The notes beneath the pieces were generated by a model. That model was not told the DNA's origin and ran no database searches. It worked only from the letters and a program-made list of their open reading frames with translations. From Macrostomum lignano (lineage: Eukaryota): 64,000 bases of DNA. This document shows, piece by piece, positions 13,116 to 26,219 of this stretch. A program made the translations under genes and the position numbers. The DNA is taken from positions 1 to 64,000 of the forward strand of contig NIVC01001969.1 in the NCBI GenBank assembly GCA_002269645.1, given 5' to 3'. Numbering within the stretch: the first letter of the stretch is position 1; each line of letters starts with the position of its first letter.

Positions 13116-14390
13116 ACTCTCCTCTCTCCTCTCTCCTCTCTCCTCTCTCCTCTCTCCTCTCTCCTCTCTCCTCTCTCCTCTCTCCTCTCTCCTCTCTCCT
13201 CTCTCCTCTCTCCTCTCTCCTCTCTCCTCTCTCCTCTCTCCTCTCTCCTCTCTCCTCTCTCCTTTCTCCTCTCTCCTCTCTCCTCTCTCCTCTCTCCTCT
13301 CTCCTCTCTCCTCTCTCCTCTCTCCTCTCCCCTCTCTCCTCTCTCCTCTCTCCTCTCCCCTCTCTCCTCTCTCCTCTCTCCTCTCTCCTCTCTCCTCTCT
13401 CCTCTCTCCTCTCTCCTCTCTCCTCTCTCCTCTCCTCTCTCATCTCTCATCTCTCATCTCTCATCTCCTCTCTCATCTCTCATCTCTCGTCTTGCATCTT
13501 TCGTCTCTTGTGTCTCATCTCTCCTCTCTCCTCTCTCCTCTCTCCTTTCTACTCTTCTCTTCTCTCTCCTCTCTAATCGCTCGTCTTTCATCTTTCGGCT
13601 TTTGTCTCTCATCTCCCGTCTCTTGTCTCTCATCTCTCGTCTCTCATCTCCTCTTCTCTCTCCTCTCCTCTCTCATCGCTCATCTCTCGTCTCTCATCTC
13701 TTCTCTCTTCTCTCTCCTCTCTCCTCTCTCCTCTCTCCTCTCTCCTCTCTCCTCTCTCCTTTCTCCTCTCTCATCTCTCATCTCTCATCTCCTCTCTCAT
13801 CTCTCGTCTTGCATCTTTCATCTCTTGTCTCTCATCTCTCCTCTCTCCTCTCTCCTCTCTCCTCTCTCCTCTCTCCTCTCTCCTCTCTTCTCTCTCCTCT
13901 CTCCTCTCTCCTCTCTCCTCTCTCCTCTCCTCTCTCATCTCTCATCTCTCATCTCTCATCTCCTCTCTCATCTCTCATCTCTCGTCTTGCATCTTTCGTC
14001 TCTTGTGTCTCATCTCTCCTCTCTCCTCTCTCCTCTCTCCTTTCTACTCTTCTCTTCTCTCTCCTCTCTAATCGCTCGTCTTTCATCTTTCGGCTTTTGT
14101 CTCTCATCTCCCGTCTCTTGTCTCTCATCTCTCGTCTCTCATCTCCTCTTCTCTCTCCTCTCCTCTCTCATCGCTCATCTCTCGTCTCTCATCTCTTCTC
14201 TCTTCTCTCTTCTCTCTCCTCTCCCCTCTCTACTCTCTCCTCTCTCCTCTCTTCTCTTTTCTCTCTCTTCTCTCCTCTCCTCTCTCATCTCTCATCTCTC
14301 ATCTCTCATCTCTCGTCTCTCGTCTATCATCTCTTGTCTCTCATTTCTTCTCTTTCGTCTCTCCTCTGTCCTCCTATTATCTCTCTTTTC
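13116..14390 (+). repeat. CT-rich 7-bp satellite (CTCTCCT/CTCTCAT)n with a ~495-bp internal duplication
   Basis: The marker CTTGCATCTTTCGTCTCTTGTG occurs at 13491 and 13986. Confidence 0.95.
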
Positions 14391-14865
14391 TCTCCCCCCT
14401 CTGCCTCAGTCCTCAGCTCCCATCCCAATTTCCCAGTTACTCAACAGAACAGCAGCTGGGCGCAAATTGTTGCCCCGAGCTCAAGCCTCAGCCGCGGCCC
14501 AGCTCCCGCCATCTGCATCGCGCCTCCGCCTTCATCTGGGCTGGGAGGGAATTAATAGGCAATTTTAGCTTTCGATTCAGTTTGTGTCAGCAAGGAGATA
14601 AAATTTTCTAGATAAGAATTCCTCCCCTTCCCCAACAGCAAAACCTCTAAGAGCCTCGCGGGAGTTGATCGAACCAGGAGATAACCCACCCCCCCCCCCT
14701 GACATTCGCTGTGAGGCAATCATTATTCGCTTTTCTAGGAATTTGAATTCGAATTTTCTTAGAATTCATTTGCAACCCGGCAATTTGTTTCGCAGAATAA
14801 TTCCACCATTGTATTGAGTAGAAGGCATTGAGTAGAGAGCAGCCCAGCTCTCTGGTTGACTCAGA

Positions 14866-16190
14866 GAGCACTCATTTAGGCACCGCAGGCACTCATTTTG
14901 GCGCCATAGGCACTCATTTTGGCGCCGCAGGCACTCTTTTGGCGCCATAGGCACTCATTTTGGCGCCGCAGGCACTCTTTTGGCGCCATAGGCACTCTTT
15001 TGGCGCCATAGGCACTCGTCTTGGCGCCGCAGGCACTCTTTTGGCGCCGCAGGCACTCATCTTGGCGCCGCAGGCACTCATTTAGGCGCCGCAGGCACTC
15101 TTTTGGCGCCGCAGGCACTCATTTAGGCACCGCAGGCACTCATCTTGGCGCCGCAGGCACTCATTTAGGCGCCGCAGGCACTCTTTTGGCGCCGCAGGCA
15201 CTCATTTTGGCGCCGTAGGCACTCTTTTGGCGCCGCAGGCACTCTTTTGGCGCCGCAGGCACTCATCTTGGCGCCGCAGGCACTCATTTAGGCGCCGCAG
15301 GCACTCTTTTGGCGCCGCAGGCACTCATTTTGGCGCCGTAGGCACTCTTTTGGCGCCGCAGGCACTCATTTAGGCACCGCAGGCACTCATCTTGGCGCCG
15401 CAGGCAGGTACTCATTTTGGCGCCGCAGGCACTCATTTTGGCGCCGCAGGCAGGCAATCATTTTGGCGCCGCAGGCAGGCACTCATTTTGGCGCCGCAGG
15501 CAGGCACTCATTTTGGCGCCGCAGGCAGGCACTCATTTTGGCGCCGCAGGCACTCATTTAGGCGCCGCAGGCACTCTTTTGGCGCCGCAGGCACTCATTT
15601 TGGCGCCGTAGGCACTCTTTTGGCGCCGCAGGCACTCATTTAGGCACCGCAGGCACTCATCTTGGCGCCGCAGGCAGGTACTCATTTTGGCGCCGCAGGC
15701 ACTCATTTTGGCGCCGCAGGCAGGCAATCATTTTGGCGCCGCAGGCAGGCACTCATTTTGGCGCCGCAGGCAGGCACTCATTTTGGCGCCGCAGGCAGGC
15801 ACTCATTTTGGCGCCGCAGGCAGGCACTCATTTTGGCGCCGCAGGCACTCTTTTGGCGCCGCAGGCACTCATTTTGGCGCCGTAGGCACTCTTTTGGCGC
15901 CGCAGGCAGGCACTCATTTTGGCGCCGCAGGCACTCTTTTGGCGCCGCAGGCACTCATTTTGGCGCCGTAGGCACTCTTTTGGCGCCGCAGGCACTCATT
16001 TAGGCACCGCAGGCACTCATCTTGGCGCCGCAGGCAGGTACTCATTTTGGCGCCGCAGGCACTCATTTTGGCGCCGCAGGCAGGCAATCATTTTGGCGCC
16101 GCAGGCAGGCACTCATTTTGGCGCCGCAGGCAGGCACTCATTTTGGCGCCGCAGGCAGGCACTCATTTTGGCGCCGCAGGCAGGCACTCA
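14866..16190 (+). repeat. 21/25-bp satellite (GGCACTCATTTTGGCGCCGCA)n with higher-order blocks
   Basis: About 60 units; a +GCAG variant and recurring blocks (for example at 15391, 15661 and 16021). Confidence 0.97.
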
Positions 16191-16199
16191 CCCTGGAGC

Positions 16200-16314
16200 A
16201 AAATTATTGATTTCCATAACGGGTCACAAAGTTGGGGGGACAAAGCATTTGGCATGCCCCCATAGCTTTAACTGAGGGGGGGCATGTCCCCCCCCCTCGG
16301 AGGCGACGCCCCTG
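16200..16314. mobile_element. Single terminus resembling a non-autonomous DNA transposon end
   Basis: G7-CATGT-C9 hairpin (16274-16298) followed by GCGACGCCCCTG (reverse complement CAGGGGCGTCGC, similar to hAT-type TIR starts). The partner end and a TSD were not found. Confidence 0.3.
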
Positions 16315-16704
16315 TCCACATGTTCCGTCTCTCTTCTGAGGGTATCATTTCCCTGGCTTTCCATTCCAGGTCTCTCAGAGAAGTCCATGAGTCCATGAGT
16401 CCCTCGGGTCTTATGAAGCTTCGCAGAAAAAATAAATATACACATATTTTGCTAAGTTATATTTTTTTACACAAAAATTTGTCCGAGTTTTCGGAGACAG
16501 TCGGGCAGAAGGTCAGCCGGAGGTTTTTTTATTGCCGAAATTATTACCGAGTGTGAGAATATGATAATTAACTCAGCAGGGTTCTGAGGCTCGACTCAGT
16601 CTTTATTTTGTCTCAATATCGATGGAGCATACGGAAAGGATTTCTAAATTCAATAAGAAAGAAGCGCTATTTATCACGTTAAAAAAATAGTGCTTGGCTT
16701 ATTG

Positions 16705-17168
16705 GAAATGGTTTCATGGTTTCTAGGAAACGGTTTCTAGGTTTCTAGGAAACGGTTTCTTGGTTTATAAGAAACGGTTTCTTGGTTTCTAGGAAACGGT
16801 TTCTAGGTTTCTATTAGACGGTTTATAGGTTTCTAGGAAACAGTTTTTTGGTTTCTAGGAAACGGTTTCTTGGCTTCTAGGAAACGGTTTCTTGGTTTCT
16901 AGGAAACGGTTTCTTGGTTTCTACGAAACGGTTTCTTGGTTTCTAGGAAACGGTTTCTTGGTTTCTAGGAAACGGTTTCTTGATTTCTAGGAAACGGTTT
17001 CTAGGTTTCTAGGAAACGGTTTCTTGATTTCTAGGAAACGATTTCTTGGTTTCTAGGAAACGGTTTCTTGGTTTCTAGGAAACGGTTTCTTGGTTTCTAG
17101 GAAACGGTTTCTTGATTTCTAGGAAACGGTTTCTTGGTTTCTAGGAAACGGTTTCTAGGTTTCTAGGA
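16705..17168 (+). repeat. 22-bp minisatellite (GGTTTCTAGGAAACGGTTTCTT)n, left arm of a second inverted pair
   Basis: About 20 units; each contains the mini-palindrome GTTTC-TAG-GAAAC. Confidence 0.96.
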
Positions 17169-17821
17169 GGTTTTGTGCTTTTTAGGAAATTGTACCCCCT
17201 AACCGCGGAGCATTGGAAAATTATGAACAAGAGCAACAGATGTGGTACTGAGTTTCGATACTAACCCTCCCCCAATATTTCGTCTGCAACGATGAAGATG
17301 GATTCTGAACTGAATGCGCAGACTCTATAAATTTACAGGAGTGTGCCAGGAATTGGCAGGAGTGTGCAAGCCAGACAGCCAGTTGTAAAATTTTACAGAG
17401 GCCATATAATATTTCTGCCTCAAGAAGAATAATGATAATTCTTCCAAAATTTGAGCAGATATGAGTTCAATCATTTTTGCTGTTTGCTCCCCGTCTGTGC
17501 TGGAGAGATAATCCTTGAGGATCAGGCTTGGGTGAAACTGTTTCAGACTTGTTTTTATGACGCTAGAGCAACAGTTAATTCTGAACTACCAGATCTCCTA
17601 TGATGGCTGCAGCTCCTTGAGCTCTGTTTGTTTTATGGTCTCTGGGCCTGGCTGTGGTCTGGAAGTGGAGCTCAAGCTGGATTTACTGAGTATCAACAAG
17701 TTCAGACTGCTGTCTTACATTTTTGCTTATAGGCGGTTTGAGGAGCTGATTTTGAAGATACAATTAAGGGGTATGCTCACTCTCATGATATTTGGGCGCA
17801 CGAAGCAACACATTTCAACTA

Positions 17822-19347
17822 CAGGAACTTTTTCCTAGACTAGAAACCAAGAATAAGTTTCCTATAAATATCACTGAGGAAACAGTTTCCTAGAAACCAA
17901 GAAACCATTTCCTTGAAACCAACAAACAATTACCCAGAAAACTAGAAACCTAGAAACAGTTTCCTAGAAACAAGAAAACTTTTTCCTAGAAACCAATAAA
18001 TAGTTTCTTAGAAAACACAGAACAGCTACAAGAAACAAAGAAGCAGTTTCCCTGAAACCGAGGCACAGTTTCCTAGAAACCAAGAAACAGTTTCCTAGAA
18101 ACCAAGAAACACTTTTTTAGAAATAAAGAAACACTTTCAAGAAAAAAGAAACAGTTTCCTAAAAAGTAAAACAGTTTCTTAGAAACTAAAAAAATTTCAC
18201 TTGAAACCAAGAAACAGTTTCCTAGAAAATAGACAATAGTTTCCTAAGAACCAGCAAATATTTTTCTAAAACCAATAAACAGTTCACAAAAAATTACCTT
18301 TCTGGAAACAGTTTCCTAGAAACCAAAACTGTTTCTAAGAAATGGCCCTCAGGGAACATTTTCCTATAAATGTCCCTCAGGAAGGAGTTTCCTAGAAATG
18401 TCCCTCAGGAAACAGTTTCCTGGAAACCAAGAACAGTTTCCTAGAAATGTCCCTCAGGAAACAGTTTCCTAGAAACCAAGAACAGTTTCCTAGAAATGTC
18501 CCTCAGGAAACAGTTTCCTAGAAACCAAGAACAGTTTCCTAGAAATGTCCCTCAGGAACAGTTTCCTAGAAACCAAGAACAGTTTCCTAGAAATTTCCCT
18601 CAGGAAACAGTTTCCTAGAAACGTCCCTCAGGAAACAGTTTCCTGGAAACCAAGAACAGTTTCCTAGAAATGTCCCTCAGGAAACAGTTTCCTAGAAACC
18701 AAGAACAGTTTCCTAGAAATGTCCCTCAGGAAACAGTTTCCTAGAAATATCCCTCAGGAAACAGTTTCCTAGAAACCAAGAACAGTTTCCTAGAAATGTC
18801 CCTCAGGAACAGTTTCCTAGAAACCAAGAACAGTTTCCTAGAAATTTCCCTCAGGAAACAGTTTCCTAGAAACGTCCCTCAGGAAACAGTTTCCTGGAAA
18901 CCAAGAACAGTTTCCTAGAAATGTCCCTCAGGAAACAGTTTCCTAGAAACCAAGAAAAGTTTCCTAGAAATGTCCCTCAGGAAACAGTTTCCTAGAAATG
19001 TCCCTCAGGAAACAGTTTCCTAGAAACCAAGAACAGTTTCCTAGAAATGTCCCTCAGGAAACAGTTTCCTAGAAACCAAGAACAGTTTCCTAGAAATTTC
19101 CCTCAGGAACAGTTTCCTAGAAACCAAGAACAGTTTCCTAGAAATTTCCCTCAGGAAACAGTTTCCTAGAAATGTCCCTCAGGAAACAGTTTCCTGGAAA
19201 CCAAGAACAGTTTCCTAGAAATGTCCCTCAGGAAACATTTTCCTAGAAACCAAGAACAGTTTCCTAGAAATTTCCCTCAGGAAACAGTTTCCTAGAAATT
19301 TCCCTCAGGAAACAGTTTCCTAGAAACCAAGAAAAGTTTCCTAGAAA
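17822..19347 (-). repeat. Reverse-orientation array of the same family (GAAACAGTTTCCTAGAAACCAA), degenerate at left and alternating with an ATGTCCCTCAG variant at right
   Basis: Matches the reverse complement of the 16705-17168 unit apart from one base. Confidence 0.94.
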
Positions 19348-19974
19348 TGGCACTAGGGAAACTGGCTGGGGATGCTAACGCCAATTTCAACAGACCAGCT
19401 ATACCCTGGTAATCCCATAATTTCATATTTTAGCTGGGATTCGATAAAAATTCCATTGCTTCATCAGTGGATTTGCTGCATCTAGCCAGAAAATTCGGAT
19501 AGAGAAGATGCTTCTCTAAAAGCTGATGCGGAGTGGGAGTCGGGATTTGCCTGTCAGCAGCCCACTGCCTTCTTCCATCTCTCTTCTCAGCCATAGGCTA
19601 GCAGATGGGCAGAATTATGAGTAGCCATCATTTGAGCAGACCGCTGCTGGATCAGCGGCACTTGAGGTGGGGCGGAGCTCGAGAGTGAGTAAGGCTGTCT
19701 AAAAGCGCGCCTTCCCCGCAGAAACGACATGCATGTACTACTCACGCTGAGTGCTAAAATAAATAGCAACTGCATGGACATTCGCTGCATTAGTGAATTA
19801 ACTGGCAAATGCTAAATACACCCTGCATGCTTCTAGTTATAGGAGGCATTGCTCCCTAGATAAAGCAAAATGAAAATGCACAAACTAGAAAACCTTACGC
19901 CACTTGTCCTCCCTTCTAGAATCGCCACTTGTTAGTCAAAGCAACACCCTGGGATGCGCCGATAGAAAAGTAAG

Positions 19975-20432
19975 CGCCTCTCATTAAGCGAATCTCATTA
20001 AGCGCCTCTCATTAAGCGAATCTCATTAAGCGCCTCTTATTAAGCGCCCCTTATTAAGCGCCCCTCATCAAGCACTCTTCATCAAGCACTCTTCATCAAG
20101 CGTTCTTCAGCAAGCGCCCCTCATCAAGCGCTCTTTATCAAGCGCACCCCATTAAGCGCCCCTCATTAAGCGACCCTCATTAAGCGCCCCTCATTAAGCG
20201 CCCCTTATTAAGTGCCCCTCATCAAGCGCTCTTTAACAAGCGCCCCCCATTAAGCGCCCCTCATTAAGCGCCCCTCATTAAGCGCCCCTCATTAAGCGCC
20301 CCTCATTAAGCGCTCTTTAACAAGCGCCCCTCATTAAGCGCCCTTCATTAAGCGCCTCTCGTCAAGCGCCTCACATAAAGCGCCCCTCATTAAGCGCCCT
20401 TCATTAAGCGCCTCTCATAAAGCGCCTCATTA
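19975..20432 (+). repeat. 14-bp minisatellite (CATTAAGCGCCCCT)n
   Basis: About 32 units. Confidence 0.95.
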
Positions 20433-21266
20433 AGCTCCAAAAACACACACACAAACGATGCAGAAGAGCTCTGCTCATCTCTGCTTCTCCCAGTCGTACT
20501 CAGCTAATAATAAAAGCAGAGGCCTCAAACCTGATGCAGCAGGCAATGTGAAAGAAACACAAATTTGCATTCTCACCGCCTGCACCAGCCGAGATAAGGA
20601 TGAGCGAGAAAAGAAAACGAGAAAATTTTTTTTTATTTATTCGATAAAATTTTTGAAACCAATTTTTGGTGCCGGCAATTTTGAGCTGTAGCTGAGCAGC
20701 GAACATCCTGTCTTCCGCGGCACGGACGGAATTGCGGGCTCCTCCGAGGGAGAGAAAAATAAAATAATTGAAAGGAAAATTTCCTAGAATCAAGCCATGA
20801 GGAAATGTCCAGGGGATTAAAGATGACCGAGGCTCGTCACTCCTCCCCAAACCCCCAACCAGCACTTGAAGTTGGGCAGCTCTCGAAGGCCCCATATTTG
20901 GCTTGTGGCTCTGGGTGACCCTCCCAGCCACTTGACTTGGCTGATTTAAACAAATTGCCAAACTGCAGCTTCTCTGCCTCATTTAGGAGATGGAACAGAG
21001 ACAGACAGAGAAGAGAAGAGAAGGAAGGGACATCGCTTAACACATGACTTGCTGGCGAACTCTTTTGATTATTATTGCCAAAAACTTCTTCCTTTGGATG
21101 GAGGTCGAAACTTGAGGGACGGCCAAACTTAATTTGCTGGGGTCGGTCCTGCATAGGCAGGCCTTTTGTCTGAGACAGAGCCTTGCTTTGGGCTTCTGAA
21201 ATATCAGTTTATGCCCGACTTGCTTAACTAGATCTATGCATCTGATTGGAAGGTAGAAAAGCAATT

Positions 21267-21517
<251 letters not shown>

Positions 21518-23373
21518 GGGTGCCTCACCAGCAGCACCTGGCCATCTCAACTCTGATCTATCAATCTCCCCTGGGTCCCCATATTGCCCTGATCCGGCCA
21601 GAAGGCAGTCACTTTACTCTCAAGCGTCAAAAGCTGCCGCTTCAACCTCTCTTTCATTCCAGCGAACGGCCTTCAGTCAACCTGGCATCCGCTTGGCAAC
21701 AACCTACACACCTCATTGCTCAACTGCAGCCTCCTCGACTCCAATAAGATCCCGCTGGCTTTTCGCGCCAAAACCAAAAAAGCAGTTGGGTGGATGTGGC
21801 GCAGTGCCGGACGCAGGGGGAGCCTTAATGAAGGACGGCATTGCCAACGCTGAGAAACAGAGCTCAGGAACAGGTCGTAAATCTCAGTCAGGAGTTCCCC
21901 ATCAAGCACCCAATAATAATAATAATCATAACGCAGGCATTTCTATTCAATTCTCGATAAATTTCCTCAGCTCTTGACGGACGAGTCGGGGTCGAGTCCG
22001 AGAGGCGACACGTGGCCGTGGCCGGCGGCCGTTTCTCCTTGATTTGATTCGAGCGTCTGCTTGGGAGCAGAGCTCCTTAGAGACGGGGAAGCAGTTTGAC
22101 ATTTTGGGCTGGCCGCATTGCGCAGGGAGCCCCATAAAACTTGTGGGGATTCGCGGTGTTTTGCCTCAGTATACCCGTCTGTCCAGGTATTCGAACTCCC
22201 AATGATGCTTTGTCGGCAAGGCCAAGGAGTCTGCACAGATATTGAAATCATCAAAATCTCAGTTGACGCTTGAGCGTTGACACTTTTTCTATAATTAAGG
22301 AAATCTTGTGTGTTTTGATTGATTGTAGCGATAGGTCCAGGTGTCACTAATACTCCTGGGATTTGGTTCTGTGAGCAGGGCATACTATAGATGTGAGTCT
22401 CAAAATTCGCCAAGAGGTACACACTGGGCTGTACCCGTTGCATTAGGTAAATAAGCACGAACATCTATAATATGGGGCCAAGTGGCTGGGGCGCATGAGT
22501 CTGCATGCAAATCAGGACATCTAGCGGGATCCCGCATGGAAAATCCTAGTGCATGCGCTCCGCATCCTGTGCTCAGGTGAGGTGGGACCTGCACTAGCGA
22601 CTCGCATGACGCAGCCCGAGAAGCTTTGAGCAACAATGCAATTAACGGTTTGGCGTGACTACGCATTTATCACTTTCACTTTTGCAATCATAATTATCAT
22701 CCCAGTGTAATGGAGAAGAGGATGTTTAGAATATATAGATATATATTCAGTCATCAATTTGCTTTTCCTTTGCAGTCACTTCTCTCTCTTTGCCAGATTA
22801 GAATTCAGCTCAGGAAACTGGGGTGTTAGGGTTTAGGGAAGATGCTGGTTGTGTGCTCACTCACTGCTCAGGCTCTCTGCGCCGGGTGAAGATTATGAGT
22901 GTCACATGGGTTGGATCGCAAGCCTGGGAGGGGGATCACAGAGGTCTAGGGGGTCACAGACAGAGGTCTATGAGGGGGTCACGGTGCTGGTCTAGGAGGG
23001 GGGGGGGTCACAAAGGTTTAGGATGAGGTCACAGCGATCTAGGGGGGTTCACAGACGTCTATCTCAGGGGGTGTGACACTTGCACCATCACCACACTCCG
23101 CGGAGTCTCAATGCTGCAGGAGAGCAAAAAAAGAACACAAAAAATCATGAAATGTAACCCCCAAAAATGTCTGTTTCGTATCCGTTTCCCGCTTCACAGC
23201 CGGAAATGAAAAGCCCATATATGGCGAACGGATCCGGTGACCCCAGAAAGGCGAAAGTCTCACAATTAAGTGTCCAGTTGCCTTGCTGTATAGGAAAGCA
23301 CATACTGTGGACTCTGCAACGAAGTTATATAATAAATATCTGACCTCCCCTGGTGCAGTGGGGTCTGACTAAA

Positions 23374-24241
23374 ATTTGCATCTAATTAACAAGTTGTTTA
23401 TATAGAGAGGCCGGGTTGAAAGAAATTGAATTGACTCGAGCGAGGGAGAGCAGTGAGATTGAGAACCCCTTGCCGCTCGCAGGTGAGAGAGATTGTAACT
23501 CGATATAAACACAGCAACACCTCCGCAAAAAGGCAAAGAAAAAGCAGTTAAAGAAGAAGACACCTGCGCAATAGTGAGAGAGGCCGGAACAACAATTCCT
23601 TCTTGACTTCTAAAAGCGGAGTTCGTTGTCTCGGAGCTGTAATAGGACACCCGGCCGGAGGAGGGGGGGGGGTCTCGCGACCCCCTTCGCAACTAAAGCC
23701 CCCCCCCCCCTACACCGTGGAAAATCGCTCAAGTGTGGCCGAAGGAAAGGAAGCAACAGCGAAAGCAAAAGCAGAAAAAGAATTTGGCCTCAAATTTTCT
23801 CCGATAGTCGTGCCCCCTCCCCTTTCTCATCGCCACAGCCAATCAGCGAGTCCAAGCGGACCCAGCGGCCATTCTATTGGGCCGTGAGGACCACTTTCTC
23901 TCTCTCTCCCTCTCTTGTCTGTTCTCTCTGCTCTTCCCTCCTCAAGCCGGAGGCAGAGACCCCAGTTGACTATCGAATTGGATCCGGACCGGGCCAACCA
24001 GGGCTCAGGGGTCTGAATTTGAAGTTCGCCGCCACCCACTCCCCGATCCACTGCCGCCCGCTCTTCCCCCTACAGACATGGCGCCCCCTGGCCAGACCGC
24101 CTCACTCCGCCTCTTTCTGCTTTAAATTTGCATTTTTGATTTCCCCCCTCTTGCTAAGCGCAAGTCAGCTTAGGCCAAAGTCAGCTCCAGTGAGGCAGTT
24201 CTCAGTTTTCTTAATTTAAGTTATGCAAATAATTTGCAAAT
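23374..24241 (+). promoter_or_regulatory. Probable POU3 proximal promoter / 5' region with octamer sites and CCAAT boxes
   Basis: ATTTGCAT at 23374 and 24126, ATGCAAAT at 24223, CCAAT at 23839, ATTGG near 23876. A possible acceptor CTCTCCTAG ends at 24282, with no ATG before the start codon. Confidence 0.5.
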
Positions 24242-24361
24242 AGATTTCGGTTATTATTACTATCGGCCTCAGCCTCTCCTAGCCCCAGCGAATTAAGTCA
24301 GTTATAGAGTGAAGTCAGATAAGCTACCAATAAAAGGCAGGACTCAAACTCGTTCAATCGG

Positions 24362-26062
24362 ATGGCCACAAGCGTCACTCACGGAGTTGCCGGCGGAGGC
24401 GGCGGCGCTGGCGCTGGCGGAGGCGGCCTGATGCCGCTGGACCCGTACGCGATGTACAAGACCCAGTTCCCCACCGTGCAGTCGCCGGTGCATCCGTCAA
24501 TGCCGCTGACACCAACGGGCGGTTCAGCAGCGCCGCCTCAGGCTGGTGGCGCGGGCTTCTACAACACCGGAGCTGCCGCGGCCGCTGCAGCTGCGGCAAC
24601 CTGCGGCTACTACGATAATCCCTGGTCATCCTGGCACACCATGCAGCCGGTGCTGCAGCAGCAGCAGCAACAACAACACCAGCAACACCAGCAGCAGCGT
24701 CAGAAGCACTCTCCAAGTCTCGACTTTGAGATGCAACAGCAGGCGGCGGCGGCGGCAGCGGCGGCGGCAGCGGCTGCGGCGGCAGCTCACGGGATGCCCT
24801 GCAGCAACAACAACAACAGCGGCAACAACAGCAGCAGCAGTAGCGCATCAGACTACAGGAACAACCAGCTTGCAAGTCATCATCAGATGCACTGGTCGCC
24901 GTTCCAGCATCACGAGCATCAGCAGGGACTGCATCAGTCGCAGCAGTTGCAGAGCCAGCAGCAGCAGCAGCAGCAGCAGCATGTTGCAATGCTCTCTAGC
25001 GGATGGTACCGCGGTGTTGAAGGCGGCCTGCCCATGGCGTCGTCACCGGAGCTGCACCAGGACTCTGTACCAGTGCACCTGCAGCATCACAGCCTCCATC
25101 ATCAACTACAGCAACAGCAGCAGCAGCAGCATCTCATGGGTCAAGCTATGCCAGATATCCCTGCAGCGGGACAGCCGCAGATGCAGCAGCAGCAGCAGCA
25201 GCAGCCGGAGATGCCCGAGCCAGGAGAAGCCCCCAGCTCGGACGACCTCGAGCAGTTCGCCAAGATGTTCAAACAGCGCCGGATCAAGCTGGGCTACACT
25301 CAGGCCGACGTTGGCCTGGCGCTCGGCACCCTGTACGGCAACGTGTTCAGCCAGACCACCATCTGCCGCTTTGAGGCGCTGCAGCTGTCCTTCAAGAACA
25401 TGTGCAAGCTGAAGCCTCTGCTCAGCAAGTGGCTTGAAGAGGCCGACAGTTCCACCGGTTCGCCAACCAATCTGGACAAAATCGCGGCCCAAGGCCGAAA
25501 GCGGAAGAAGCGGACGAGCATCGAGCTGAGCACGAAGGGCGCTCTGGAGAGCCACTTCAGCCAGCACCAGAAGCCGGCGGCGCAGGAAATCACGCAGCTG
25601 GCGGACACCCTCGGCCTCGAGAAGGAGGTCGTCCGCGTCTGGTTCTGCAACCGGCGCCAGAAGGAGAAGCGAATGACGCCGCCGAACAATCTACCGCAGG
25701 GCTGCTCGGGCAAGAGAGCCAAGGGCCAGTCGTCAAGGACGCGACACTCCTCGTCGGACTCCGGCAACAGCAACGTGAGCTCGGCTGACGATGCGTCCTG
25801 CGACCAGGACGACTCCATAGTGATGCAGCAGATCCAGCATCTGCACCAGATGCCGCAGCAGCAGCAGCAGCTTCATCACCAGCAGCACCTGGCTGCAGTC
25901 TCCGAGCACCATCACCTGCAGCAGCAGCAGCATCACCAGATGTCCTCCTACTCGGGCGTCCCCGCTGTCTCCTCCTACACGGCCGCTCTGTACGGCGCGG
26001 AGCCGCCCCAGCAACCAGCCCAGCAACCGACCTCGCCAGAAGGAGTGAAATGTGAGCCGTGA
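24362..26062 (+). CDS. POU3F: Class III POU-homeodomain transcription factor (POU3F/Brn-1,2,4/Oct-6/vvl family), intronless, 566 aa
   Basis: POU-specific domain [61 protein letters not shown], class III linker [26 protein letters not shown], homeodomain ending [11 protein letters not shown]; poly-G/A/Q/H tracts. Confidence 0.97.
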   Translation: MATSVTHGVAGGGGGAGAGGGGLMPLDPYAMYKTQFPTVQSPVHPSMPLTPTGGSAAPPQAGGAGFYNTGAAAAAAAAATCGYYDNPWSSWHTMQPVLQQQQQQQHQQHQQQRQKHSPSLDFEMQQQAAAAAAAAAAAAAAAHGMPCSNNNNSGNNSSSSSASDYRNNQLASHHQMHWSPFQHHEHQQGLHQSQQLQSQQQQQQQQHVAMLSSGWYRGVEGGLPMASSPELHQDSVPVHLQHHSLHHQLQQQQQQQHLMGQAMPDIPAAGQPQMQQQQQQQPEMPEPGEAPSSDDLEQFAKMFKQRRIKLGYTQADVGLALGTLYGNVFSQTTICRFEALQLSFKNMCKLKPLLSKWLEEADSSTGSPTNLDKIAAQGRKRKKRTSIELSTKGALESHFSQHQKPAAQEITQLADTLGLEKEVVRVWFCNRRQKEKRMTPPNNLPQGCSGKRAKGQSSRTRHSSSDSGNSNVSSADDASCDQDDSIVMQQIQHLHQMPQQQQQLHHQQHLAAVSEHHHLQQQQHHQMSSYSGVPAVSSYTAALYGAEPPQQPAQQPTSPEGVKCEP

Positions 26063-26208
26063 AAATCTGCACGCACTCTCGCTGAGCTGAGCGATTCTAA
26101 AATCCACCCTAGAAATCCTAGAATTCTAGAATCCACCCGATTCTAAAGCTGCCCATTCCGAAATAGCATATAGAATATTGCACAATCCTTGGTACGTATG
26201 CATCTATA

Positions 26209-26219
26209 AATAAAATAAA
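26209..26219 (+). terminator. Tandem AATAAA polyadenylation signals of POU3
   Basis: AATAAA at 26209 and 26214, about 150 nt after the stop codon. Confidence 0.55.

Noticed and set aside
17170-17838. Transposase within the spacer of the second fold-back pair
   Set aside because: No DDE or other recognisable motif in either the plus-strand 93-aa ORF or the minus-strand open stretch.
24375-26107. Antisense and alternative-frame ORFs over POU3
   Set aside because: Shadows of a GC-rich, CAG-repeat-rich CDS.
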